From: Epiperipatus broadwayi | Taxonomy: Eukaryota; Animalia; Onychophora | Direction of reading: 5' to 3' | Assembly (NCBI GenBank): GCA_028023455.1 | Contig: JAQFVV010000003.1 | Coordinates: forward strand, 23,126,001-23,190,000 | Length of the DNA: 64,000 nucleotides | The notes under the pieces: model-generated | What the model was told of the DNA's origin: nothing | What the model saw: the letters and a program-made list of their open reading frames with translations, nothing else | Databases searched by the model: none | Shown: one piece after another, positions 12,638 to 24,520 of the stretch | Layout of the letters: each line of letters starts with the position of its first letter | Position numbering within the stretch: the stretch's first letter is position 1 | Translations under genes and position numbers: made by a program

Positions 12638-15600
12638 CTTTTTCTTGAGAGTTTTAAAGTAACTGAACAAGGCAAATTTTTAATGTCCACTCCATACATT
12701 TATGTCATTGCTTTGTGGTTATTCATATAATATATGAACATGGGTAGGCTGCTCACCAACACACATTAGCCAGCATGATGAGTTTATTGGCTTTTTACTC
12801 CTGAGTTTAAGATCAAGAAATACTATGGTCTTTCTTCTCTGTTGCCTGATAGCTTTTAACTGAAATCAGTTGAGCTTTCTTAGGCAGAATGAATATGCAT
12901 GAATGAATTTTTTTTTTTTTTAATAGATATTTAGAATCATGACATACAAAAATAAATCATTGCCCTTATTCCCAGAAGGCTGTAAAGTTGCCAGCCAAGG
13001 CAGCGATTGACAACCAAAGGCAGAGGGTGCTAAGAATCTCCTGATTGTGAATCCAGACTGCCATTTGATGACAGTCTTTTATTTAAGTACTTACAACTGC
13101 AGAATACTTTCAAGTGAAATAAGATTGCAAGAATTGGAAGAATTGTCTAATATTAAATGGGACATTGTTGGACTTTGTGAAGTTAGAAGTAAAGGTGAAG
13201 AGACAATTGATTTAAAAGTAGACATGTACTGCATTATAAAGATCTAAACATTGGAAGTACTAATGGAATATGATTCATTATAAATTAAAAATAGAAGAAC
13301 AATATTGTGGAGATTGATGGTGTACTGGACAGAGTGGCAAGATTAGTTATTCAACTTAACAAATATCAAATACAGATAATTCAGTTTATACCCCAACAAG
13401 TTTTCATTACGATGAAGAAATAGATGATATTTATATGAATATACAAAAGACTTTTGTTCAGACTAAACAACATTTTAAAATTGTCATGGAAGACATTAAT
13501 GCTAGAATTGATAAACAATTGAAAGATGAACATGTTGTAGATAAATTTGGTTATGGTGATAAAAATGAGAGAGATTATAGACTTGTGGAGTTGCAGAAAA
13601 ATAAAAACTTTATATTATGAATTATTTTTTTTTGAGAAAAATAGAAATGGGCATGGAAGTATCCAAATGAAGGTACAGCAGAATTGGATTTTATTTTGCC
13701 TAAGAGAAGATATATGTTTCAAAATTGTAGTTCGTAATAAATTCAACACACGAAATGATCATCGATTTGTAAGATGTAATATACATGTTAATGCAAAGCT
13801 AGAGAGTTAAAAATTATTAAGAAAAACAATACTCACAATTGGTATTCTTAATCTTCAGGAACATTCCAATGAATTTAAATTAGAACTTTCAAATCATTTT
13901 CAAGATTTTAAATATGATTCAGATTTGAACAAAATTAATAGGAAGATAATTGATAAACTTTTAAAAACTGCAACAAAGATCACTGGTTAAAAAAAGCAGC
14001 AGTTAATCAGTAAAATTTCTACTGAGACAAGACAATTTATGAAAAAAAGAAGGAATATGAAAATATATAAAGATGATGCATTAATAAGGATTCAATATCT
14101 CAAATTTTATAAAATGATGTGTAAAAAAGTTGATAATGATATAAGAAAGTATAATTGTGAACTAGCAAGGAAAGCTAGAGAAGAGAATAAAAGTATCAAG
14201 AATGTAAAATAACATCTTGGTATTGGTAGGAAACTTATTTTTGCAATAAGAAAAAAAAGGTGGAACTATTACTAAAAAGAGAGATGACATCATGAAATGT
14301 ATAGAAGAGTTTTAACAAGCATTATTATAGCAATGAAGAACAAGAAAAAATACCTACTACAATTACTATATCTTCTGAACTGCTCAGAATTTTAAATGAA
14401 GAAATGAGACATGCAATTAAATATATGAAGAAGGGAAAAGTTCTAGGTAATAATGGAATTATAATTAATATCTTAATAAAAGCAAGTAAAGTAATAAAAA
14501 ATTTTTTGGCAAAGTTATATATCAAATGACTAAATGATAAAAATGTACCAAATGATTGAAAGAAATCAGTATTAATATTTAAAAAAGGTGATAAGGAAGA
14601 TATTAGAAATTATAGATTCATTAGTCTTTTATCAGTTCTATATAAAATTTTTACCAAAATAATTACATTTACAGCAAACTTTGGGTTTTAACCAACCAAA
14701 AGAATAAACTGGATTTAAAAATGATTTTAGTAGAGTGGATCATTTACAAGTAATAAAAGAAATTATAGAAAGGACCAATGAATACAAGTTGCCATTATGT
14801 TTTGGATTATGAAAAGTCATCATCAAGGTATAGATCTAGGATATTTTGAAGACTATTTATAAAAATGCAACGGCAAGAAATTAGATTACGTAATGATATT
14901 AAAAGATTAACATTGAGATGGGTGTATGACAAGATAACTCTATAATCTCCAAAACTTTTTACTACAGTTTTATAAGAAGTATTTTGTGGATTAAAATTGG
15001 AATCTAAGGGATTAAAAGTAAATTGAGGTTATTTAATAGATTTTGCAGATGATATAATTTTGCAGATAATGCTGTAGAGCTTCAGAAAATGCTGCAAGAG
15101 TTATCGATGAAAGTAGGATTAAACTTAAATGTTAAAAAGATTAAAGTAATGTTCAACTGATTTTTTTAAAAGAAGAAAATAAAGATTGATTATCGTTTGT
15201 TGGAAGAAATTAACAACTACAAATATCTTGATCAGATTATTACTACAAATGGAAACATAATGGATGAAATTAATCATAGAATTAAACTTGGTTGGAATGT
15301 TTTTGATAGAAATAACAATATTAAAAGGAAATATGCCTATGTGTGTGAAAAGGAAGGTTTTTAATAAATGTGTGTTATCAATTCTTATTTATGAATCTGA
15401 GACTTGGACCTTTAGCAGAAGAGAAATACAGAAAACTACAAATATCCTGGTCAGATTATTACTACAAATGGAAACATAATGAATGAAATTAATCATAGAA
15501 TTAAACTGGTAGAAAAAAACAATATTAAAAGGAACTGTGTTACCAATTCTTATTTATGGATCATTGGAACTTTAGCAGAAGAGCAATACAGAGACTTCAG

Positions 15601-15939
15601 ATCATTCAACAAGTATTTAGAGATATGTAATATGAGTAACAAGAAGTGATCAGGCGAGAGAACAAACACGTGTTACTGACTTCATTGAAAGAATTGACTA
15701 AAATGGAGTTGTCTGGACATATTGCTAGAAGAGATGATAATGGATGGATAGCTGAAATCTTAAATCGGATTCCAAGAGATTGTAAAAGACCTTAGAAAGA
15801 GACCATCGTGAGATGTATGAATGAAATAAGGAAGTGTGCTGGGGTGATGTGGAGAAGAAAGGGTAGACATTGGAGAAGATAGATTGAATTTGGAGAGAAT
15901 ATCTATATTGGTTTGATAGTGATTAAAAATGATGATGAT
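12638..15939 (+). mobile_element. RTE LINE copy 1: decayed, slightly 5'-truncated, (ATG)n tail
   Basis: Colinear with the 60594-63834 element. APE motif TYNCRILSSEIRLQEL..WDIVGLCEVR, RT motif DFADD, tail gatgatgat. Confidence 0.92.
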
Positions 15940-15989
15940 CATCACCTTTTTTTAATTTTTATTGCATCTTATCTCCCTCTTTTTTATTA

Positions 15990-16105
15990 ATTTTATTGGA
16001 GGATCAGAATACAATGAAATATTTTTTCTGTAATAAACTTTTTATTTTGAAAGATTTATTTAAAATTTTGTACTTTATTGTATTCTGATCTTCTCAGTAA
16101 AAACA
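15990..16105. repeat. Small fold-back, MITE-like
   Basis: gatcagaatacaat (16002-16015) is the perfect reverse complement of attgtattctgatc (16077-16090), with imperfect extensions on both sides. Confidence 0.75.
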
Positions 16106-16823
16106 ATTGGTATTATATCTCTCTAGAGTTGGTTTGAGAAAATTTTTATAATATAAATGAGATTTATTTTTTTCCACATTTATATAATTATAGGTTCACT
16201 ATAATTATATTTTCAGTTATTGCTGAGCATTTTTAATTACATTTTATCCTGGCCGTTATGTTACATTGATAAAAAATGCCCAATTCTATATAATAAATAT
16301 CTTTTAATTTATTGAATGCACACAACACTTTGAAGTCTGTGTTGGTTATAATAATCGGTCTGATTTTTTTTATTTATTTATTTAAAAAGCTTATTACTAT
16401 TTAATCCAAAAATTATTGGAAGATTTTCTCCCAATACTGTTTAGTAAAATATCTGATTTTTTATTTTATTTTAATAACTAAAACAAATTATAAATTGGAA
16501 AGAATAACATTATTATCAGTTTAAATGTAAATCTAGGAGCTAAGAATATGAAATTCTTATTTTTACTTAATGCCATCATAACTATATTACATAAATATTT
16601 GCTTTCTGAAATCATCTTTAAACTGTTTAAAGCTACTATCATAATAATGGAAAACAAACTTAGTTAATTTGTATTGATGCTTCATTTCAAATAGACCCAG
16701 TAATTAGATATAATTTCCACTCTGTCATGTAGCAGTTGTATAGATTGCATTTTCTAGGTTTTTCCACATTTACAGTAGATAATGAAATCCCTATTAAAGT
16801 TGTCTCCCTAAGAGATCAATTAT

Positions 16824-17035
16824 TTCAAGCCTTAGTAATCAATGTATGCAAGAAGATTTGTGCATAAAATTCCTATCTAGTGTCTACTCATACAATATCT
16901 TCAGATTAATTTATAGTTTGTAACTTTCATCAATGAGGAGACTTGGATCTGAGAGCACTGCACCTAGATCTTAGGATCTAATGCAACCTTCCAGTAGCCA
17001 CCTTTAACTATTTAGTTAACTATAAAGCTAGGAGC
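16824..17035 (-). mobile_element. Hammerhead-bearing element, copy A (left arm, hammerhead and internal part; no right arm seen)
   Basis: Shares tttgtgcataaaat.cctatcta with copies B and C. Hammerhead-homologous segment at 16898-16939. Confidence 0.8.
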
Positions 17036-17165
17036 CTAAGATGAAAACACAATAATGTTTTCAATTTGAACCCAGTTCAGTATCTATACATTCGATGTTT
17101 TAGTTTTTTTAAAAACTGCAATCACAATTGTCCTATGGGCAGGATTGGAATAAAACCATTATAAC

Positions 17166-17580
17166 ATTGCATGATTACCATTTCCTATGGTTATATAGGT
17201 TGTTAATAACTAGCAAATTTTCCATACAGTAGTGCCATCCAGTGTAAGCTTTAGTAATTAATGGATGTAATAAGGTTTGTGCATAAAATCCCTATCTAAT
17301 GCCTACTTATCCAATATCCAAAGACTTCTTTCTAACTTGTGGTTTTCATCAGTGAGGAGTCTTCGATCTGAGAACATTGCAATTAAATTTTAGTATCTAA
17401 TGCAACCCTCTAGCAGTCATCCTTTATTTATTGAATGACTAAACATTAGACAGGATTTTATGTACAAACCTTCTTGCATCCATAGAATATTAAGGTTTGC
17501 ACTGGGTGGCATGACTGTATGAAGAGTTTACTACTGTTATTAACAACTTAAATAAGCACAGGAAATGGTGATCATGTGAT
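17166..17580 (-). mobile_element. Hammerhead-bearing fold-back element, copy B
   Basis: Inverted arms about 17166-17302 and 17443-17580. Hammerhead-homologous segment at 17317-17358 with intact CUGAUGA and GAAA. Confidence 0.82.
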
Positions 17581-19603
17581 ACAGAGAGAGGACTAATAAA
17601 GTGAGAAGCTATTTAATAAATGAGTAACAATAATGTAATAAAAAAAAAAAGAATAGGAAATGCGGGGAAAGGAAAATCAGAGAGTATAGTAAAAAATTAC
17701 TTAGAACTGGTATTCAAATCTTTGACAAACCAACATCAATCTTCAAGGCAGCAGGCATTTTGTTTCTACTGAGAATAAGATATAAACTCTGTTAAACTTT
17801 GTATCCTATAAGACTGCAAGAATGTTTTGATTGGTCAGTATATTGCAATTAATTTCTATCTTTGAAAATCATTCATTTAACAGTAACTATAGAATTGTTC
17901 AGTCATCTAAGAAGTTTGATAGCTGACAGAATTTTAAATTAAATTAATTATAAAATTGAAAATGATCTGATATAAAGTAGCTTTTCCTTTAAATGAAGTT
18001 AGAAATTTTTATTTATTAGCTATATGGCCAGAATCATTATTAGCCTAGTTAAACATTCCTTTTTATAAAACTATTATATATCATAGCTGTATTTTTAACA
18101 TTCCTTCAGAAAAACACTATTATATATCATGTCTTAAATATGTTTATTTTTCGTCCCTAATATCTTTTTCCAAGCTACAATCATTCTCCTAGAACTGACA
18201 CATTCCTTTTTCTTCTGACTCATTTTAATAAAACTTAAATTTCTTTATCTTATCCTCATATTCTTCATTTTTGTTATAAAGTTCTAAACAGAACTAAAGA
18301 AAATCTTAATTTATCTTTTTCATTTTGTTTTTTTAATCCTTCTATTCTTGATTCTTCTCAACTTCAAAAATTAATGTTTGGTATTCTCCCATCCATCTCC
18401 ACCATAAACATTTAATAATTGAAAAATATCTTTTGCAACTAACACATGATGTCATTGCATCAAATAACAATAAGCTCTTTAATATTATTATACATTTTTT
18501 CATATTATATTTATTTTTTATTTTTGTATAACTCGTTGGTCACCATTTGCAACTGAATAAAAATATACTCTGAAGTTAAACACTATTTATAGCAGTAAAA
18601 TTATGGATCATACTATATCCTGAGTCATAGCCTAATTATTGATCACTATTTGTAACAGAATAAAAATATGAATCGAGGAAGAACAATCCTAATTTATTAA
18701 TACCCATGAATTGTAGCATCATTTGTAACAGAATGAAAATAATAAATTAATTAAGCTAAAGTGAATATCAATCATTGAATAACAATCAAACATTTAACTC
18801 AATAAAACAATGATAATAATTTTTATTATAACTCTATAGATTCAAATAACATTCAGAATGAATAGAAAACAAGCAAAATCGTTATTTCAAATTACCTTAA
18901 AATATGAGTGTTATTTGCAATAGATTAAAGATAAAGCAATGAAACTAAATATCATCTTATAAATAACAGTATATGCCTATTATATAGATACCTTAGAATG
19001 AAAATAATGACAAAGAATTAGGCAGATAAACCATAATATTCTTTATGAATCAAAACCTAGAATAAAGCAAACTCATACTAAAAGTTAAAGGTTATTTATA
19101 TTTAAATGAAATAATTCATGGATGGATAAAATAATTTTAATATGCCCTACAAGTTTACAATGTCAATGATATCTAACTAAATATATAACTCAATAATTGA
19201 TTCTAATTATAACTAAATAAAATTTAAAAAATGCTGACTTAGCTATGCTATTCGGCTAATACCAATATGCTCTTATTAAGTCAATTAATAATAAAGTAAA
19301 TACTCGGTAATAATACAAAATCAATTAACATCTCTCTACCTTCACTAACTTATAATACTATAAAGTAAAATCATCTTATTAGATAACCTTAAATTTATAA
19401 TATTCAATCACATCAATATATAAATATATACCCTATAATAGCAATATATAAAATAAATGATAAGATTCCTATTTAATGCTTATTCAAATACAATTGACAA
19501 ATCATACGCCATTACTCTTCAGTTTAATAAAGTTAATTTATTAACACTTTAGACTATTGTCATAGCATATTAAAGATTATTAGTTTTTTATTATAATCAA
19601 ATA

Positions 19604-21848
19604 CAGGCAGTCCCCTAGTTACGAACTTAATTGGTTCCTGGCGTGTGTTTGGAAGTTGACATTGTTTGAAAGTAGAGGTTTGTAAAAAAAACATCAAAAA
19701 GGGTTTTCAAAATACAGCATTTATTTTTTATTGATTAGTATCTGGAGTTTTGTTTACAAATTTATCAAGAATTAATTGAATTGTATTCTTTTTCTTTTTC
19801 TGATAAAGAATTCTGTAACATTCTGTGTCTTTTTCTATTGCCCTTCGCACACTAGATATATGCTTTCCATTGGGATTACATTCTTCATTATGGTCAAAAA
19901 TTTATCAAGTTGCATGAAGGCTTCATTCATTTTCTTCATTGTCAAACTCTTAACGATAAGATAAGTTCATCATCGGGTTCTTCTTTATTTTGTATTTCAT
20001 TCATCTCTTGTAGTTTAATCAAGTCTTCATTTGGCAGAGGTTCTGAGCGAGGTTAACTCACCAATATCTTCATCAATGACATCTAAATTTAATTCTTTCA
20101 TTATACTGATTATTTCAGTTGTGAAATCTTCAGAAGTTTTTTTAATGTCCATAGAAGCATTCATCATTTGTAGATATATTTTTTTCCAACAACATTTCAT
20201 TATTGACTCTTATTTCAGTAGACGCATCCCCAATAATATTTATTACATTCCATACATTATAACTTTTCCAAAAATCTCTTAATGTAGGTCCACCTTCCTT
20301 GTCAGATATCTTGATAGCTATCACAGTTTGGTCCATAGGTTGTATTTCACTTGTGATATTGGGAGGGATAAACACAACCTTAACTTCCGGATATAAATTT
20401 TACAGGGATTTTGGATGTCCAGGAAAATTGTCTAAGATCAATAATGTTTTAAAATGGTAAAATATTCTCACTACATTATTGCCTAACAGAAGACACAAAA
20501 TGATGTGAGAACCAATCTTGAAAAAGCTGTGCAGTAGCCCAGGCTTTAGTATTTGATTTCCAAATGACTGGAAGCATTTTTTTTACCTTTTCCTTTCAAT
20601 GTTGTAGGATTTTCTGTCTGATAAATTAGCATTGGCTTCAATTTAAAATCACCAGCTAAATTACCTCAAAGAAGCAATGTTAATCTGTTTTTAGATTTAT
20701 GCCCAGGTAAAACTGATTCTTCCTTTGCCTAAATATTTACATACAGGTATCTTTTTCCAAAATAGTCCTGTCATCTACATTGAAGATTAGGCATAGAAAA
20801 TAAGTTCCGGCTTTAATGATATTAGAGGAAGTGGAAATAAATTCACTGGCAGCTTTTTTATCTGCACTGGCACCTTCCCCAGTACATTTAATATGTAAAG
20901 AATATCTCATTTTAAATTTGTGAAACCAACCATCGCTTGCTAGAAATTCAGCAGCAGTCTTCTTTTAATTCTTTCTTCCAATCTTTATGCAAACCAAGAG
21001 CCATAACTTGAATAATTGATAAACTCACTGGGATGCCTTTTGATGTTGATCTTCAATTCATAAAGCCAAAGATTTCTCCATTTCATCCATTACTTTGCCA
21101 TGTCTTTTTGAAATAATCTTTAAAGAAATATTTTCACAATTTTTATTATATTCCTTAATTTTGTTCTTGTTTTTCACAATTGTATATATTGTTGATCAGT
21201 TTAAATTATGTGAACATGCGATTGAAGCAAAAGATTTACCATTTTCAGAATGTCTAATTATATCCATTTTTGTCTCGACTGTTTGGGGTTTATGAGAGCT
21301 TGATCTCTTTGGTTGTATCAACACTGTTGTTTTTTTTTTAGTTTCTCACTAATGTTTTTAATATTCATCAATACAAATATATACAATATATATGTAATCA
21401 TGCACAATCTATTTTTAAAAACACGCTAATCAAGATGATCCTGTTCAAATGAGTCTGTGACGATGCTAAAAATTAAAGTAATTAATGTCAGAGAGATGGG
21501 AAGATTTACTATATTTTTTATAATTTCTTATTGTTCTCTAAATATACTTTTAATTATTTTCTAAATTCCAAAGTTTATCTTTCTTTAGAAAAAATTCAAA
21601 TATGAAAGTATATAAATAGTTTTTTTTATCAGATACTGTAAATTTGTAGTGTTAATTACTAAAATGAATTTTTTAATTATTAAAGTACTAAAATACTGTA
21701 CAATTTTGAATACCCATTTTTTTCTGTAGTATATATAGCACTAATTATGCATGAAAGTATATGCATAAATAAAGATCTAAAGTCCAAAAGCGATTACATA
21801 ATAGCGAAATGTTTATAACTCGAATGTTTGTAACTAGGGGACTGCCTG
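19604..21848 (-). mobile_element. Tigger/pogo-family DNA transposon with a decayed transposase
   Basis: TIRs CAGGCAGTCCCCTAGTTACGAAC / GTTTGTAACTAGGGGACTGCCTG flanked by TA on both sides. Minus-strand motifs KNRLTLLL, LLILDNFPGHP and FIPPNITSEIQPMDQ. Confidence 0.93.
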
Positions 21849-24366
21849 TATTAATATGAAAATTTAATATTTAAACTGAATTTACGATCCATATTAATGA
21901 ACTTTAAATATAATTAAAGCAAATTGCTTTAAATTGTAAGCGAATCAAATGTATTACTATTACTAGCTCTATAACTGAATAAGTACATTTTTATAGCTCT
22001 CTGCTGGCTTAATATAATATTCACTTTAATCAATAATGACTTAAAATGTGAACATTTTATTGCAACTACCTTTATTCATCTTCAATAATTATTATATTTG
22101 CATCTCAATCTACCATCAAATCAATTCATGTATAATTTCTATCTTAATATAACTTACTTGTTACAATAATTACAATAAGCTTCTAATTACTTATTAAATA
22201 TTTCAGAATGTCAAAATGCAGGTTTAAGTCTGTACAATGTATTAAACCACTGTTATACAAAAATCTTTATCTGTTCAGATGATAAACATTAAATTCAATA
22301 CAAGGAAAAATCCGAACTGTTTTGAAGCTGTTTCTACTGAATTATGTGGCATAATCAATTAGTGAATACCATCTCATTCAAATACAATTAAGCAATAAAT
22401 TTACCTTATAAAATATTGAATGACAACCAAGCATGTTTACTTGTTTTAAATTAATTCAAAATTTATTAACAAATGGATATAAATTAAAATCAGAAATATA
22501 TATATGACAAATAAATATTTAAAATATATACATATGATTCGATTATGCTTTGTGCAATAGGTTTTCAATTGGCATTAATTCTTTTAAATAGGTGATTGTA
22601 TATCGAACTTTAATTATAAAATGCTAAAATTAAAAATGTATATTTATGTAACACAAATATGTTGTAACACATATGCACTTTTTCAAAATATAAGAGAGTC
22701 AAGGACATCCTTAATCTTCAGATATATTTAAAAAATGTAGTTAATGGAAATAAAAATATACTGAAGATGAATCTACCTATTCGTTCACATTATTCTAAGA
22801 GAAGAAAATAAAAAAATAAATACTTGAGATTAACTTATAATTACTAAGTTAGAAAATATTAAATTTGAATTTAGAAAAACATAATCCTCTTATACTTTAA
22901 GCATATGAATTAAATGTCTACTTAATTTAAATTATACTACCGTTTATATCCTATACAATTATATATATAAAATAATATATATTAGCAAATGATCTGATCA
23001 ATTGTCCTTTGATATGACATTTCCAAAATAGTACCATAGTTCTAATGTCTATTTCTTAGACCATATTCTGATGATATTTTATTATTCCAGAAAAAGTAAA
23101 AATATTACAAAAAGCTATTAGATTCGAAGCACATTTTATTTAACAGGTATTTGATCTCTATAACATTATAAGTGTAGAAACATTAGTTTATATTTATGAT
23201 GGTTCCATGTAAATATTCTTTCCTTTAACAAGTATTTGATTCAGAAAACATTAAAAATGAACAGATGCTAGTTTCATCTATGGTAATGCTATGGAAATTG
23301 AATCAATTTTTATCTTGTGTCTAAATAACCATCAAGCTCATAAAATTATATCAGCAGGTGAACATAATCTTTGTGTACATTTTTCTGTTGTTAGCATTTA
23401 GATCTCATCATTGAAAAATAGGTAATATCTATTTTTAAAGCAAAGAAACATTCCAGTGGTTTTTGAAAACACTAAGAATTAATTTTCATTCTTTCAATAA
23501 ATTGTTACCTCACAAATTCTTCACAATCCTGTCTAGTTAATGGATGAACTCTATTGCTTTCACCCCATCATTCCATCCATTTAATAAGTATATACTTTTA
23601 AAAACAAATAAATAAAAAAAGTCATATGAAGGAACTTAGATTCGCTTCTATTGAAGCCAAGATAGAGAAGATTTGAAGAATTTAGTTCTATTTAAAAATT
23701 TTTTTAATTGACATCAGAGAAACTATAGTGACACTTCGTATTAACTCTTTGGTCAACTTCAGCCAGCATCTCATAAATAAAAATCTTATTATGTAAAATA
23801 ATGACAAAAATAAATATTTCATAATTTATTACACATAACGTGGAATATTTACATTTTAAAATACAAATAATATCCTTTGACTCCAACATAAACTAAGCAA
23901 CTAGGATTACATTTTTTTATACTACAATGGAAATATACTTTTTACATATATTTTTCATTACAAAGTTATACAAATAAAATAATAAATATTCTGAGACATT
24001 AAATATTTAGATATATTATTTGTAGTCTACTATTGTGAATGTAGTAATGAAAATATACATAATGAAGAAAATAATAATTTTATCAAGACTATAAACTTTA
24101 TCATTTACACATTCATTTTTTAAAATGAATAAAGTCAATTCACAATTTTTACAAATTACAATTAGTAATAAACATTTTTTCCTCCAATATATGTTCTCAT
24201 AGCAACATAATCCAATGCAGTCCAGGTTAATATATTCACTATTAAAATCAAGTCCAAAAAAAAAATTTTTTTTATTTTTTTATAATTGACATTATAGCAC
24301 ATATTTCAATAGGTACAATATATATATATATAAATTCTAATATTCTCATGGATAAATGATGAATTC

Positions 24367-24520
24367 ATAGTATTATTTCCAGAAGCTTCTGTATAATAAA
24401 AATATAATAGCTAAATAGCTGACATTTCAGTACAATAACAAGTACTTGTTATTGTACTGAAATGTCAGCTATTTAGCTATTAAATTTTTATTACATGGAA
24501 GCTCTCAGAAATAATACTAT
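24367..24520. repeat. Spacer-less palindrome with a 78 bp perfect core (24405-24482)
   Basis: taatagctaaatagctgacatttcagtacaataacaagt|acttgttattgtactgaaatgtcagctatttagctatta, with imperfect outer arms. Confidence 0.95.

Noticed and set aside
18541-18740. CRISPR-like repeat/spacer array
   Set aside because: The context is a eukaryotic intron, the repeats are degenerate, the spacing is irregular and no cas-like ORFs are present.
18800-23000. Very old PLE interrupted by the Tigger (ADK, YAL and RESRTSL-like traces)
   Set aside because: Only scattered short motifs in very AT-rich DNA; no YxDD motif was found by eye.
22760-23095. CTGAAGA and CTGATGA motifs as hammerhead cores
   Set aside because: The first has a stem but no following GAAA; the second has GAAA but no stem II or stem I.
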